Source of the DNA: Thermodesulfobacteriota bacterium
GTDB taxonomy: Bacteria; Desulfobacterota_D; UBA1144; Nemesobacterales; Nemesobacteraceae
Direction of reading: 5' to 3'
NCBI GenBank assembly: GCA_965221875.1
Contig: OZ244920.1
Span: 1,001,845 to 1,065,844 of the forward strand
Length of the DNA: 64,000 nt
The translations under genes were made by a program, and so were the position numbers. Under the pieces are notes generated by a model. It had not been told where the DNA came from. It ran no database searches and saw only the letters and a program-made list of their open reading frames with translations. Positions 1 to 10,372 of this stretch are shown here, one piece after another. Each line of letters starts with the position of its first letter. The stretch's first letter is position 1.

Positions 1-1
1 C

Positions 2-463
2 GGGTCGGACAGAAACAGGGAGCAGAAGGACGAGTATGCAAAGCAGTACGTAAGGGACCTTATAGCTCAGGCGGACAAAGAGATTGTCGAATACGGAGAG
101 AGCGGCCTGCTCAGAAGGGGCTATGCCGTAAGGGTGGAGGTTCCTTTGGAGGAGGAGAGTGAAACTGACCGTGTATATATCGTGGGTTCCGGATACCTTG
201 TGGAAGAGCCGCCGAGTGAGGGGCAGCCAAGTGACGGTGGCGGCGGAGGTGGAGGCTGCGCGGTCGGAGGAAGCACAAGCGGTGGCGGTGCGTTCGGCCT
301 GTTTATTATGGCGTTAGCGCTGCTTCTTGCGGTCTCGCTTAGAAATTGGGAAGGTTTTATCAAGAGTCGAAGGATATTGATGTCTGCTGTAAACTCCTCT
401 GGCTTGCCGAAACGGAACAAGCGATCTGGTGTTTGTGGTGGATATCTGCCGCGTAATGTATAG
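2..463 (+). CDS. Hypothetical protein, C-terminal part. The ORF is open from the window edge. It has a Gly-rich stretch, a hydrophobic helix and a basic tail.
   Basis: Frame 2 has no stop from nt 2. The tail reads ...[38 protein letters not shown]... then K/R-rich, resembling a GlyGly-CTERM-type sorting tail. Confidence 0.35.
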   Translation, partial: GSDRNREQKDEYAKQYVRDLIAQADKEIVEYGESGLLRRGYAVRVEVPLEEESETDRVYIVGSGYLVEEPPSEGQPSDGGGGGGGCAVGGSTSGGGAFGLFIMALALLLAVSLRNWEGFIKSRRILMSAVNSSGLPKRNKRSGVCGGYLPRNV

Positions 464-498
464 TTCCACTCTTCAATTCAGTCTTAAAGGAATCAGCC

Positions 499-2448
499 AT
501 GACAAAACCCGAAATTTTTCCACCCCAAGAAGCCGTTACCAAAGGAGCCCTCATAGACAGGGACAAATATAACCTGATGTATAGCCAGTCAGTTAAGGAT
601 CCGGAGGGGTTCTGGGGCGCCCATGGCGAGCGGATTGACTGGATCAGGCCCTATACGAAGGTAAAGGACGTAAACTACGATCCCGGGGAAGTGTCGATCA
701 GGTGGTTTTACGACGGAACCCTTAACGTGTCGGCTAACTGCGTTGACCGCCACGCGGAGAGAATCCCTGACAAAATCGCAATAATATGGGAAGGGGATGA
801 TCCCGATGAAGACAGGAAGTTCACCTACAGGGAATTAAAAAGCGAAGTCTGCCGCATGGCTAACGTGCTCAAGTCTCTTGGCGTCCGAAAGGGCGACAGG
901 GTGACCATATACATGCCTATGATTCCCGAGGTTGCCTTTGCCATGCTTGCTTGCGCGCGCATAGGAGCCATTCATTCGGTAGTGTTCGGAGGTTTCTCGC
1001 CGCAGGCGCTTGCGGGAAGGATTTCCGACTGCTCTTCGGAGGTGCTCATTACGGCGGACGAGGGACTTCGCGGCGCCCGCAAGGTGCCTCTCAAGCTCAA
1101 CACCGACAAGGCGCTTGAGGATGGAGCGGTGGACTCGATCGTAAAAAAGGTATTGGTAGTGCGCCGTACTGGAGCGGACATTCCCTGGGATGGTGAGCGG
1201 GACGTCTGGTATCATGAGGCCGCGGTGGAGGTTTCAGATGACTGTGCGGCTGAGGAAATGGGTGCTGAGGACCCGCTTTTCATTCTCTATACCTCGGGTT
1301 CGACCGGAAAGCCCAAGGGGGTTCTGCACACAACCGGAGGCTACCTTGTCTATGTTTCGATGACCCACGAGTACGTGTTTGATTACCACGACGGACAAAT
1401 CTATTGGTGCACGGCGGATGTCGGCTGGGTCACGGGACACAGCTATATTGTCTATGGACCGCTTGCAAACGGAGCCACGACCGTGATGTTCGAGGGAGTG
1501 CCGGGTTATCCTGACATGTCTCGCTTCTGGAGGGTCTGCGACAAGCACAACATCAGTATTTTCTATACGGCTCCAACCGCTATTCGTGCGCTTATGCGGG
1601 AGGGCGACGGACCTGTAAGGGAAACCTCGCGCGCTTCGCTTCGGGTTCTCGGTACCGTCGGGGAGCCGATCAATCCTGAAGCCTGGATGTGGTACCACGA
1701 AGTGGTCGGCGAGGGACGCTGTCCCATAGTGGATACCTGGTGGCAGACAGAGACCGGGGGAGTCCTGATAACTCCGCTTCCGGGTGCTACGACTCTCAAG
1801 CCGGGTTCAGCCACCCTGCCGTTTTTCGGGGTTCGACCGGAACTGGTTTCGGATGACGGTAATGTTCTCGAAGGCGCGACCGAAGGGAATCTCTGCATAG
1901 CCGATTCATGGCCGGGACAGGCGCGCACGGTGTACGGCGACCATGATCGTTTCATTGAGACTTATTTCACTGCCTATCCGGGCAAATATTTTACCGGTGA
2001 CGGCTGTCGCCGCGACGAGGACGGTTATTACTGGATCACGGGACGCGTCGACGATGTTATAAACGTGTCGGGTCACCGAATGGGGACGGCCGAGGTGGAG
2101 AGCGCTCTGGTATCGCACGGAAGTGTTGCCGAAGCCGCGGTAGTTGGCTATCCGCACGAGATAAAGGGCCAGGGAATCTACGCCTATGTTACTCTTAACG
2201 CCGATTCCGAGCCCTCAGAAGAACTTCGAGGCGAACTGGTTAAGTGGGTGAGAAAGGAAATAGGCCCGATCGCCTCTCCCGATCTTATACAGTGGGCTCC
2301 GGGGCTTCCGAAAACCCGCTCCGGCAAGATCATGCGCCGGATCCTGCGCCGCATCGCCGCCAACGAGCACTCCGATCTTGGCGACACTTCAACCCTTGCC
2401 GACCCGTCGGTGGTTGACAACCTGATTCATAACCGGATGAACCGCTGA
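499..2448 (+). CDS. acs: Acetyl-CoA synthetase
   Basis: 649-aa ORF with AMP-binding motifs ([11 protein letters not shown]) and characteristic Acs N-terminal and C-terminal sequence. Confidence 0.95.
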   Translation: MTKPEIFPPQEAVTKGALIDRDKYNLMYSQSVKDPEGFWGAHGERIDWIRPYTKVKDVNYDPGEVSIRWFYDGTLNVSANCVDRHAERIPDKIAIIWEGDDPDEDRKFTYRELKSEVCRMANVLKSLGVRKGDRVTIYMPMIPEVAFAMLACARIGAIHSVVFGGFSPQALAGRISDCSSEVLITADEGLRGARKVPLKLNTDKALEDGAVDSIVKKVLVVRRTGADIPWDGERDVWYHEAAVEVSDDCAAEEMGAEDPLFILYTSGSTGKPKGVLHTTGGYLVYVSMTHEYVFDYHDGQIYWCTADVGWVTGHSYIVYGPLANGATTVMFEGVPGYPDMSRFWRVCDKHNISIFYTAPTAIRALMREGDGPVRETSRASLRVLGTVGEPINPEAWMWYHEVVGEGRCPIVDTWWQTETGGVLITPLPGATTLKPGSATLPFFGVRPELVSDDGNVLEGATEGNLCIADSWPGQARTVYGDHDRFIETYFTAYPGKYFTGDGCRRDEDGYYWITGRVDDVINVSGHRMGTAEVESALVSHGSVAEAAVVGYPHEIKGQGIYAYVTLNADSEPSEELRGELVKWVRKEIGPIASPDLIQWAPGLPKTRSGKIMRRILRRIAANEHSDLGDTSTLADPSVVDNLIHNRMNR

Positions 2449-2523
2449 GTTCTCTGAGGAAGGAAAACCTGCCCAAGCTCTGATCGCGTTTGGTGTGGTT
2501 GTCACGGCCGCTTTTCCAGCATC

Positions 2524-3111
2524 CTATTCTTCCTGTAAGGCACATTCCTCACCGGAGACTGAGACTGCAAATGTGTTTACTACCTGTCCGTACTGGATTT
2601 GCCTGACGGTTTCCTGATCTTCGCCGCTCAGCTGTTGACAGAAGATTGCGCCCGGGATCAGGTCAAGACGAAGACATAAGTCATAGTATTCCAGATCTCC
2701 GGTCGTAACATCAGTCACCACCCAATCACCGACGTAATCGGGCAGGCTTTCAGTGCTCAGATCGCATGCTTCCTCGGCTATCCGAAGGAGCGTGTAGAAC
2801 TCATCGCTGGTATCGCCTGTCCATGTACTGGATACAGTTCCGTCAGCATTGTATCTTACATCTTCATCTTCACAGCGAAGGAATGTTCCTTCTTCTGTTA
2901 TGAATTCATCTGGATGGGTTCCAAGGGGGAGTGGCTCAACGTGGTTAAAGTCGGGGTCGTTTACACAGTCAATGTCATCAGGCGTGAGTCCGTCTAAGTT
3001 TAGACTGTTGCCCCCCCCCCACAACTGACGATTAGAAAAAGCAAAGCAGAAATGAAAATTGAGATGTTTTTCATTATTACCTCCAAACTGCTTTAGATTT
3101 GCGGAATGCAA
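2524..3111 (-). CDS. Hypothetical protein (acidic, no recognisable domain). It contains a G10 homopolymer in its 5' coding region.
   Basis: 195-aa ORF. The C10 run at 3011-3020 on the + strand encodes the WGGG segment near the N-terminus. Confidence 0.4.
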   Translation of the reverse strand: MHSANLKQFGGNNEKHLNFHFCFAFSNRQLWGGGNSLNLDGLTPDDIDCVNDPDFNHVEPLPLGTHPDEFITEEGTFLRCEDEDVRYNADGTVSSTWTGDTSDEFYTLLRIAEEACDLSTESLPDYVGDWVVTDVTTGDLEYYDLCLRLDLIPGAIFCQQLSGEDQETVRQIQYGQVVNTFAVSVSGEECALQEE

Positions 3112-3346
3112 TTATAACACGAACTATGAGTGCTGTAAAAACTTGATTCCGACAATAAGAAAGTCGGTTCTGATATGGCGGGGGTGGGGAGTAAAGCGTT
3201 AAAGATGAGAACCGCCTGTTTTTTTTTTTTTTTTTTGACATCTGAAGTCGCTGGGTGAGATTAAGACATGCCGGACATTAAAGCGGACAAAACAAACACT
3301 GAAAAAAGACTGGAAACAAATCTAACTTCATGATAATATTTGTATT

Positions 3347-4591
3347 ATGTGTGATATAGAACCGGACAAAAAACCGGCCATTAAAGTGGCCATGGAACTC
3401 GCTCCGGAGGATCGGGGCGAGACGGTCAGACTGATGGAGCCGCTTCTGATAGGCGAAACTTCAAGACACCGCGGCGAACTGACGGACCTGGCTGTTGATC
3501 TGGTGCAGCGCGCAGCGGGTCTTCGCCGTGGTTTGCCGGAGGGCATAACTGAGTCCCTTTCCAGTCTCGTAAGAGCGATAAACTGCTATTACAGCAATCT
3601 TATAGAGGGACATGACACCCACCTGACCGATATCGAGAGGGCGCTTAGAGGTGACTACAATGCTGATACAGAGAAGCGCAAACTGCAGCTTGAGGCCAAG
3701 GCCCATATCTCTGTACAGGAATGGATCGATAAAGGAGGCCTTAAGTTTGGCCCGACGGCTGTTGCCAGCCTGCGGGAAATCCACCGCCGGTTCGGCGAAC
3801 TGCTTCCCGAGGAACTGCTTCGTGTGGAAAATCCGGATACTGGGGAGATTGTCAGCGTTGTTCCCGGCGAACTGCGCGGTCGCGGCGTCCGGGTGGGACG
3901 GCATGTTCCCGTCAGCCCTGGAGCGGTGCCCCGTTTTGTGGAGCGGTTTGAAAGTGTCTACAGAGGTCTCGGCAAAACCGACACTATTCTGGCTTCCGCG
4001 GCGGCTCATCAAAGACTGCTCTGGATACATCCTTTTCTTGACGGAAATGGACGCGTTGCCCGTCTCATGTCCGACGCCATGTTATCGGAAGCTCTGGGAG
4101 CGGTCAGAATATGGTCGATCTCAAGAGGGTTGGCACGCAACGAAGAGTCGTATAAGAACCATCTGATGGCGTGCGACATGGGACGTCGCAATGATCTTGA
4201 CGGCCGGGGTCCTCTGAGCGAGGAGGCCTTGGCGAAATTTACGCGTTTTTTCTTGACCACCTGCATTGACCAAGTGGATTTCATGGAGAGGCTTATGATG
4301 CCGGATCGTCTACTGAACAGGATTCTGCTCTGGACGGAAGAGGAAATCCTTGCCGGTGAACTTCCTCCCCAATCAAGAATTATCATGAGGGAAGTTCTTT
4401 ACCGCGGCGAGATTCCAAGAGGAGAAGTCACTCGCCTTCTCGGCTCAAGCCCTCGCCACGCCCGTCGTATCACCTCTGTTCTGCTGAAACGTGGAATTCT
4501 GGTTTCACGGAGCACCCGCGCTCCATTGCGACTTGCCTTTCTGGCCGAATTCGCCTCCCGTTGGCTACCGGGAATGTTTCCAGAAAAATAA
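3347..4591 (+). CDS. Fic/DOC family protein with a C-terminal winged-helix region
   Basis: Canonical Fic motif HPFLDGNGRVARL. The start may be the later Met at 3392. Confidence 0.85.
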   Translation: MCDIEPDKKPAIKVAMELAPEDRGETVRLMEPLLIGETSRHRGELTDLAVDLVQRAAGLRRGLPEGITESLSSLVRAINCYYSNLIEGHDTHLTDIERALRGDYNADTEKRKLQLEAKAHISVQEWIDKGGLKFGPTAVASLREIHRRFGELLPEELLRVENPDTGEIVSVVPGELRGRGVRVGRHVPVSPGAVPRFVERFESVYRGLGKTDTILASAAAHQRLLWIHPFLDGNGRVARLMSDAMLSEALGAVRIWSISRGLARNEESYKNHLMACDMGRRNDLDGRGPLSEEALAKFTRFFLTTCIDQVDFMERLMMPDRLLNRILLWTEEEILAGELPPQSRIIMREVLYRGEIPRGEVTRLLGSSPRHARRITSVLLKRGILVSRSTRAPLRLAFLAEFASRWLPGMFPEK

Positions 4592-4641
4592 CGGGGAAAA
4601 ACTTTACAAATCCGGAATTATATTCCATAATTGCAAAGAAC

Positions 4642-5772
4642 ATGATAAGCCGTACAATAGAAAGCAAGCTTCTAAGTCTGGCCCGTCAGTATCCCGTTAT
4701 AACGATTACTGGACCTCGCCAGTCGGGAAAAACGACCGTGTCGGTCAAATGTTTTCCAGAGTACCTTTATCTCAGCCTGGAAGACCCGGATGTGCGTGAG
4801 CATGCCCGGAAAGACCCGAGAGGATTCCTCGCCCAATCGGAAAGAATGATTATAGACGAAATTCAGCATGTTCCCGATCTGGTCTCTTATATTCAGGGCA
4901 TCGTGGACCGCAGCGGTCAGGCTGGACAGTTCATCCTGACCGGAAGTCATCAGTTCAGTCTGACGGGCATGGTTTCCCAGTCGCTTGCCGGAAGGACTGC
5001 GCTTGTAAACCTGCTTCCCTTCTCGCTTGAGGAACTGGGGGAAAAGTCTTCGTATGAATATCTGATCTATCGGGGATTCTATCCTGCAATAGTTGACAGG
5101 AGCCTTAACCCTACCGAGGCGCTTTCCTTCTATACCAATACCTATATACAGAGAGACCTGAGAGATATAAGGGAGATCAGGAATTTAAGGCAGTTCGAGA
5201 ACTTTTTGAGATTGTGCGCCTCGAATGTCGGCCAGATGCTCAACAAGACCCGTATGGCCAGCGATATAGGGATTGACGGCAAAACTGTAGACGCATGGAT
5301 ATCGGTTCTTGAGGCAAGCTATGTTATTTACCTTCTTCCTCCGCACCACAGAAATTTCAGGAAGCGGATCGTGAAAACACCAAAGCTTTACTTCTGCGAT
5401 GTGGGACTTGCTTCCTATCTGCTTGGAATCAGGACAGTTGAGCACGTGAAATCACATCCGCTCAAGGGAATGCTTTTTGAAAATCTGGTCGTAATGGAAA
5501 AGGTCAAAGGGAAACTTAACAACGCTGAGCCCCAGTCTCTTTATTTCTTCAGAGACAACACGGGCAATGAAGTCGATCTCCTGGAGCAGGATGGCGCTGA
5601 TCTTCTTTCCTATGAAATAAAAACGACCCAGACCCTTAGCTCAGGGCTTTTCAAGGGGCTTAATTTCTACAAGAAGCTGAATCCCGACAACAAAAAGTCG
5701 GTTCTGATATATACGGGTCGTGAAAAAACAAACCGGTACGGACACGAATGCCTGCCTTTCTGGAGCGTCTGA
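4642..5772 (+). CDS. AAA ATPase of the DUF4143 / COG1373 family
   Basis: Walker A ITGPRQSGKTT and overall COG1373 architecture. The start was moved to an internal Met to avoid overlap with fic. Confidence 0.8.
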   Translation: MISRTIESKLLSLARQYPVITITGPRQSGKTTVSVKCFPEYLYLSLEDPDVREHARKDPRGFLAQSERMIIDEIQHVPDLVSYIQGIVDRSGQAGQFILTGSHQFSLTGMVSQSLAGRTALVNLLPFSLEELGEKSSYEYLIYRGFYPAIVDRSLNPTEALSFYTNTYIQRDLRDIREIRNLRQFENFLRLCASNVGQMLNKTRMASDIGIDGKTVDAWISVLEASYVIYLLPPHHRNFRKRIVKTPKLYFCDVGLASYLLGIRTVEHVKSHPLKGMLFENLVVMEKVKGKLNNAEPQSLYFFRDNTGNEVDLLEQDGADLLSYEIKTTQTLSSGLFKGLNFYKKLNPDNKKSVLIYTGREKTNRYGHECLPFWSV

Positions 5773-5776
5773 TCAA

Positions 5777-6529
5777 ATGAGGCTTAACAGATTTCTCTCC
5801 GAGTGCGGGGTAACATCAAGAAGAAAGGCGGACAACCTTATAAAGGCTGGACGGATAACCGTAAACGGGGAGGTTGTCTCTACTCTCGGTTCCGTTGTGG
5901 ATGAGAATGCCGACACGGTGGCGCTTGACGGAAAGCCCGTGCGCAAGGAAAGAAAAAGATACGTGATGCTTAACAAGCCCCCCTTTTACCTCACTTCCCT
6001 TAGCTCCATGGAAGGAGGAAAGAAAACAATAACGTCCTTTCTTGGAGACATAGAGCAGAGGGTCTATCCGGTCGGGAGGCTCGACTATGACTCGGAGGGG
6101 CTTCTGATTCTCACAAACGACGGGGAAATGGCAAACAGGATACATCACCCGAGGTACAAGGTGGTGAAAACCTATCTGGCCGAAGTTTCAGGCAAGATGC
6201 CGGACAATCTCGAAGCAACGCTTGGGAACGGGGTGGAAATTGAGAAGCGGTTTGCAAAACCTGATTCGGTGAATGTTCTTGGAGTGTCTGGGATGCGGGC
6301 GCGGGCAAGCATTTCCTTTCACGAGGGAAGAAAACATCTCGTGAAAAAGTACTTTGAGGCTTTCGGGCTAAAGGTAATCAGGCTTAAGAGGATTTCATGC
6401 GGAAATGTGCGCCTCGGCGAGCTTGAGAAAGGACGATGGAGGGATCTTAACCCGGGAGAGATCAGGAACCTTCGCAGGATGACAGGGCTTTTGCCCCGCG
6501 ACCTGAAAGAAAAGCCGTCCGGGAACTGA
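5777..6529 (+). CDS. rRNA pseudouridine synthase of the RsuA/RluB family (S4 domain plus catalytic GRLD motif)
   Basis: MRLNRFLSECGVTSRRKADNLIKAGRITVNG (S4 domain) and VGRLDYDSEGLLILTNDG motif. Confidence 0.85.
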   Translation: MRLNRFLSECGVTSRRKADNLIKAGRITVNGEVVSTLGSVVDENADTVALDGKPVRKERKRYVMLNKPPFYLTSLSSMEGGKKTITSFLGDIEQRVYPVGRLDYDSEGLLILTNDGEMANRIHHPRYKVVKTYLAEVSGKMPDNLEATLGNGVEIEKRFAKPDSVNVLGVSGMRARASISFHEGRKHLVKKYFEAFGLKVIRLKRISCGNVRLGELEKGRWRDLNPGEIRNLRRMTGLLPRDLKEKPSGN

Positions 6530-6636
6530 TAGACAGTTGTTTGAAGTGAACTTTCCCGGTTTTTTCATGTAGCATAACTGCAGGTAATGTTCCCTATTGT
6601 CTATAGCGAAATGCTTTGGTTCTTGAAGATAAGAAT

Positions 6637-6978
6637 ATGAAACAGGTTGAGGTTACAGAAGCGCTCCTCCAGCAGATGGTCAAGGTGATAGTGGATGAGG
6701 CGGATCCCGAACAGATAATACTTTTCGGTTCGTATGCCCGAGGCGATGCGTCGGCTGATTCTGATGTGGATCTTGTTATAGTGGAATCCGACCCGTTCGA
6801 TGAAAACAGGGACCGCCGCGCCGAAATTGTGCGCCTTTCTTGGGCACTAGCGGGTTTCCCGGTTCCCAAGGACATTTTGGTCTACAGCAGGGACGAAGTT
6901 GAATACTGGCGCAATTCCATCAACAATGTTCTTGCTCGTGCGCTTCGCGAAGGGAAGGTTCTCTATGACAGACCTTGA
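6637..6978 (+). CDS. Nucleotidyltransferase domain protein (MNT-type antitoxin-like)
   Basis: The GSYARGDASADSDVDLVIV motif (GS...D.D) typical of the minimal nucleotidyltransferase fold. Confidence 0.8.
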   Translation: MKQVEVTEALLQQMVKVIVDEADPEQIILFGSYARGDASADSDVDLVIVESDPFDENRDRRAEIVRLSWALAGFPVPKDILVYSRDEVEYWRNSINNVLARALREGKVLYDRP

Positions 6979-7372
6979 GCAGGCCGCGACGATGCTGGAT
7001 GCAGCCGGGAGGGATCTTTCAGCCTTGCGGGCAATGGGCGACAATCCTGATTTCGCGGATGAAATCTTCGGTTTTCACGCTCAGCAGGCAGCCGAGAAAA
7101 GTTTCAAGGCATGGCTGTCTCTTCTGGGAGAGGAATACCCTCTAACTCATGACCTAGTTCTGTTGCTGAAGATGCTTGTACGGCGCGATAAAGACGCAAT
7201 GCGTTTTAAGGCTTTGGCTGATTACGGTCCCTACGCTGTTCAGATTCGTTACATGGCTGACCCCGACACAAGACCGCTTGACCGCGGGGTAGCCTTGGAG
7301 CATCTGGAGGCGTTGATGGAACATGTGCAAAGCATGTTCTCGCGGTTGCGGGAAGCAAACGATGACGAGTAG
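6965..7372 (+). CDS. HEPN domain protein (HepT-like toxin partner of the upstream nucleotidyltransferase)
   Basis: Overlaps the NTase stop by 14 nt. An Rx4-6H-like region sits in a ~135-aa helical protein, the classic MNT-HEPN pairing. Confidence 0.7.
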   Translation: MTDLEQAATMLDAAGRDLSALRAMGDNPDFADEIFGFHAQQAAEKSFKAWLSLLGEEYPLTHDLVLLLKMLVRRDKDAMRFKALADYGPYAVQIRYMADPDTRPLDRGVALEHLEALMEHVQSMFSRLREANDDE

Positions 7373-7458
7373 AACCTCATGTAGCAATGAGAGTTTCGGA
7401 GAGTTCGCGGAGGAACATCTCGCGGCAGAAATCCCGGAGAGATAAGGAGGATGGGAAG

Positions 7459-8094
7459 ATGAATCGATCCTCGTTGAACAGCGAAGTCAGCAGATTTATC
7501 ACGTTTGAGGGGATAGACGGAAGCGGAAAGTCGACCCAGGCGAAGCTGCTTGCGGATTACCTTTCCTCCAGGGGAATCAGGGTGTTTTTCACCAGGGAAC
7601 CAGGCGGGGGCAGTCTGGGCGAGGCGATAAGGGCCGACATTCTTGACCGGAGGGATATCGATATTGAGCCCTATGCGGAACTTTGTCTTTTCTGCGCCGA
7701 CAGGGCCCAGCATGTAAGGGAAATCATACTGCCCAAACTCAGAGACGGTTACACGGTCATCTGCGACAGGTACTACGATTCCACCCTGGCTTACCAGGGT
7801 TCAGGGAGAGAAGTCGACCCCGGTCTGGTCCATCGCATGGCTATGGCCTCAAGCCTGGGGGTTGAGCCGGATATCACCTTTTTTCTTTCCGTACCGGTTG
7901 AACAGGCGCTTTTGAGGCTCAAGAGCCGCGAGAAAGAGAAAAACAAGATGGACGAAGAACCGTTTGAGTTCCATAGCAGAGTGAATGAGGGTTACAGGCA
8001 ACTGATTGAAAAAGGAACCCCAAGGATAGAGGTAATAGAAGCGTCCGGTTCCCTAGAGGAGATCCAAATGGAGATACGACGCTTTTTTGAGTGA
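7459..8094 (+). CDS. tmk: Thymidylate kinase
   Basis: FITFEGIDGSGKSTQ P-loop. RBS AAGGAGG lies 8 nt upstream of the ATG at 7459. Confidence 0.9.
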   Translation: MNRSSLNSEVSRFITFEGIDGSGKSTQAKLLADYLSSRGIRVFFTREPGGGSLGEAIRADILDRRDIDIEPYAELCLFCADRAQHVREIILPKLRDGYTVICDRYYDSTLAYQGSGREVDPGLVHRMAMASSLGVEPDITFFLSVPVEQALLRLKSREKEKNKMDEEPFEFHSRVNEGYRQLIEKGTPRIEVIEASGSLEEIQMEIRRFFE

Positions 8095-8589
8095 TCACGC
8101 GTCTCCGACTGAACCTGTTGTCCTCTCGACAAGTTGCTCCACTCTCGGATACATGTAGATATGCAGAATGATTCCTATTACCGAGAAAGGAACTATGTCT
8201 TGGGGATTTTTGCTTAAAAACGCGAACACGAATCCGAGCAGCACAACGGTCTCGTTTATTCCCCAGGGAACCACGTGCGGGAGCAAGAGACGGTTTGAAA
8301 GCTCTTCAAGCCTTTTCCCCGACTCCTGGCCTTGGGTTGAGAGAAATTTCTTGCGAAGCGATTTCTCGGAAAGGGCAAACCTGTATATGAGAAGGGAAAT
8401 TATTCCGAGCACCACCCCTCCCAGAAAAAAAGCTGCCTTTACGTTTTCTCTGACATCCGGTGTCTCGGCCGATTTGAAAACAAAAACCACCGCGGTGTAG
8501 GCGAACATGGCAAGCAGCAAGGCGACCCAGACTATTTTCAGGGCGCTTTGGTTCTTTGCGACGGATGGGGTGCGATTTTTCCTGTCCAT
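8095..8589 (-). CDS. Hypothetical integral membrane protein
   Basis: 164-aa ORF with about 4 predicted TM helices, convergent with tmk. Confidence 0.45.
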   Translation of the reverse strand: MDRKNRTPSVAKNQSALKIVWVALLLAMFAYTAVVFVFKSAETPDVRENVKAAFFLGGVVLGIISLLIYRFALSEKSLRKKFLSTQGQESGKRLEELSNRLLLPHVVPWGINETVVLLGFVFAFLSKNPQDIVPFSVIGIILHIYMYPRVEQLVERTTGSVGDA

Positions 8590-8618
8590 GGCTCTGGGCG
8601 GGGGGAGAGATTGTGCGC

Positions 8619-8828
8619 TCAGGATGTGATCTTGGCGAAAATCACGCTCAGGATTATGAGCGCGACCAAGATCCCCATCATGTAAAAAGGCACGCTTGGG
8701 TTATATCCCTTTTCTATGTTAGGAACCCTTTTCTGGGACCAGATTATTGGAGCTGCTTCGCTTTCATCCGACGCCTCGGTTTCCTGCTCCGCCATTTCTT
8801 CTGTTTTCTGCTCTTCGGTTCCCGCCAT
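8619..8828 (-). CDS. Small hypothetical protein with an acidic N-terminus and a C-terminal TM helix
   Basis: 69-aa ORF. Weak evidence only. Confidence 0.25.
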   Translation of the reverse strand: MAGTEEQKTEEMAEQETEASDESEAAPIIWSQKRVPNIEKGYNPSVPFYMMGILVALIILSVIFAKITS

Positions 8829-9007
8829 TTTAAGGTTTCCTGAAACTGCGCGTACGAAGAATTATCACGCAACCCTACCCGAAAATCAAGTTTCCTAAAG
8901 ACTCCGGCGGCCCCTAGGCTTTCTTGAAAACCCGGTCCCGTGTATTTATACTTACCAAGATATTGCAGAAGGCCGCGAAGCTATGCGGTCAAACGGAGGT
9001 TTCAGAA

Positions 9008-9850
9008 ATGGCGGATTACGCGAACCCTGACGTTCTGGTGAGCACGGACTGGGTAGAGGAGCATATCGACGACCCCGATATCGTTATAGTGGAATCGGAT
9101 GAGGACATACTGCTTTATGAAATAGGACACATAAGAAATTCGGTGAAATTCGACTGGCAGACTGAGCTTCAGGATCAGCTTATAAGGGATTACGTGAGCA
9201 GGGAGGATTTCGAGGCACTGCTTTCGGAAAAAGGTATTTCAAACGACCATGCGGTGGTTTTCTACGGGGACAGGAGCAACTGGTGGGCCTGCTACGCGTT
9301 CTGGACCTTCAAGGTGCTCGGACATGAAAAATGCCTTATAATGGATGGCGGCAGGCAGAAATGGGTCGACGAGGGAAGAGAGCTTGTAAAAGAGGTCCCC
9401 GAAAGGCCAAAGACCGATTACAAGGTATCGGTGGTTGATGAGTCTATAAGGGCTTTTCGCGATGATGTTGTTGAACACACTAACTCGGGAAAGCCACTTG
9501 TCGATGTCCGTTCCCCGAAGGAATATTCCGGAGAGCTGCTTCACATGGAGGCTTACCCCCAGGAAGGCGCGCTTCGCGGAGGACATATTCCGGGTGCGGC
9601 AAACGTCCCTTGGGCTACAGCTGCGAACGAGGACGGAACTTTCCGCTCGGCCGATGAACTTGTAGAGATATACGAAAAGGGGCAGGGACTGAGCAAGGAT
9701 CAGGACGTGATTGCCTACTGCAGGATAGGGGAACGCTCTTCCCACACTTGGTTTGTCCTTACCTATCTTCTCGGGTTTGAGAACGTTAAAAATTACGACG
9801 GTTCGTGGACTGAGTGGGGGAACCTTGTAAGAGCTCCGATAGAGAAATAA
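9008..9850 (+). CDS. sseA: Rhodanese-domain sulfurtransferase (thiosulfate / 3-mercaptopyruvate sulfurtransferase, two rhodanese domains)
   Basis: Active-site loop CRIGERSS and tandem rhodanese architecture. RBS GGAGG upstream of the ATG at 9008. Confidence 0.85.
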   Translation: MADYANPDVLVSTDWVEEHIDDPDIVIVESDEDILLYEIGHIRNSVKFDWQTELQDQLIRDYVSREDFEALLSEKGISNDHAVVFYGDRSNWWACYAFWTFKVLGHEKCLIMDGGRQKWVDEGRELVKEVPERPKTDYKVSVVDESIRAFRDDVVEHTNSGKPLVDVRSPKEYSGELLHMEAYPQEGALRGGHIPGAANVPWATAANEDGTFRSADELVEIYEKGQGLSKDQDVIAYCRIGERSSHTWFVLTYLLGFENVKNYDGSWTEWGNLVRAPIEK

Positions 9851-9880
9851 TAGGGAGAAAGGTTTTTTGCGTGAATTAGA

Positions 9881-9917
9881 AAGGATGTGGTCTTAATAGT
9901 CTGCATCCTTTTTTTTT
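9881..9917 (+). terminator. Putative Rho-independent terminator downstream of the rhodanese gene
   Basis: Imperfect stem aggatgtgg...ctgcatcct followed by a T9 run. Confidence 0.4.
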
Positions 9918-9932
9918 TGAAATTGCGGGAAG

Positions 9933-10358
9933 ATGACCAGCGTAGAGGAAATAGTCAGAGAATTCCAGGAGGCGGACCGCCAGGGGATGATCGATCTGCT
10001 GAAGGACTACTCCGAGGACCTGCCGGAGGTTCCCGAGAGAGTTTTAAGCCTGATGGACAGGGACGTCAACAGGGTGCACGAGTGCGAAACCCCCGTTTTC
10101 ATCTGGATCGAGAGGGAAGATGGTGCCGTAACGATATTCGCCGACGTGCCGGGACCTTATCCGACCGTCAGGGGACTTGTTTCGATTCTCGTAAACGCGT
10201 TTTCCGGCCTGAGTCCCCAGGAGATAGAGTCAGCTCCCCCTGATTTCATTTCCCGCCTCGGACTTGCGCAGTTGCTTGGAACCAGGAGGATGTGGGGGAT
10301 TTCCGCCGTCTACTCAAGAATAAAGAGCGAGGTTGGGAAAACGGAGGAAGTGTCGTGA
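9933..10358 (+). CDS. sufE: SufE-family sulfur acceptor protein
   Basis: Aligns along its length to E. coli SufE (conserved Cys in VHECETPVFIW; C-terminal LGLAQLLGTRRMWGISAV matches HLTPSRSQGLEAM). Confidence 0.75.
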   Translation: MTSVEEIVREFQEADRQGMIDLLKDYSEDLPEVPERVLSLMDRDVNRVHECETPVFIWIEREDGAVTIFADVPGPYPTVRGLVSILVNAFSGLSPQEIESAPPDFISRLGLAQLLGTRRMWGISAVYSRIKSEVGKTEEVS

Positions 10359-10372
10359 TAGAAGAGCAGAGA

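Noticed and set aside
8168-8500. 110-aa plus-strand ORF
   Set aside because: It is antisense to the membrane-protein gene 8095..8589. It is Ser/Thr-rich with low complexity.
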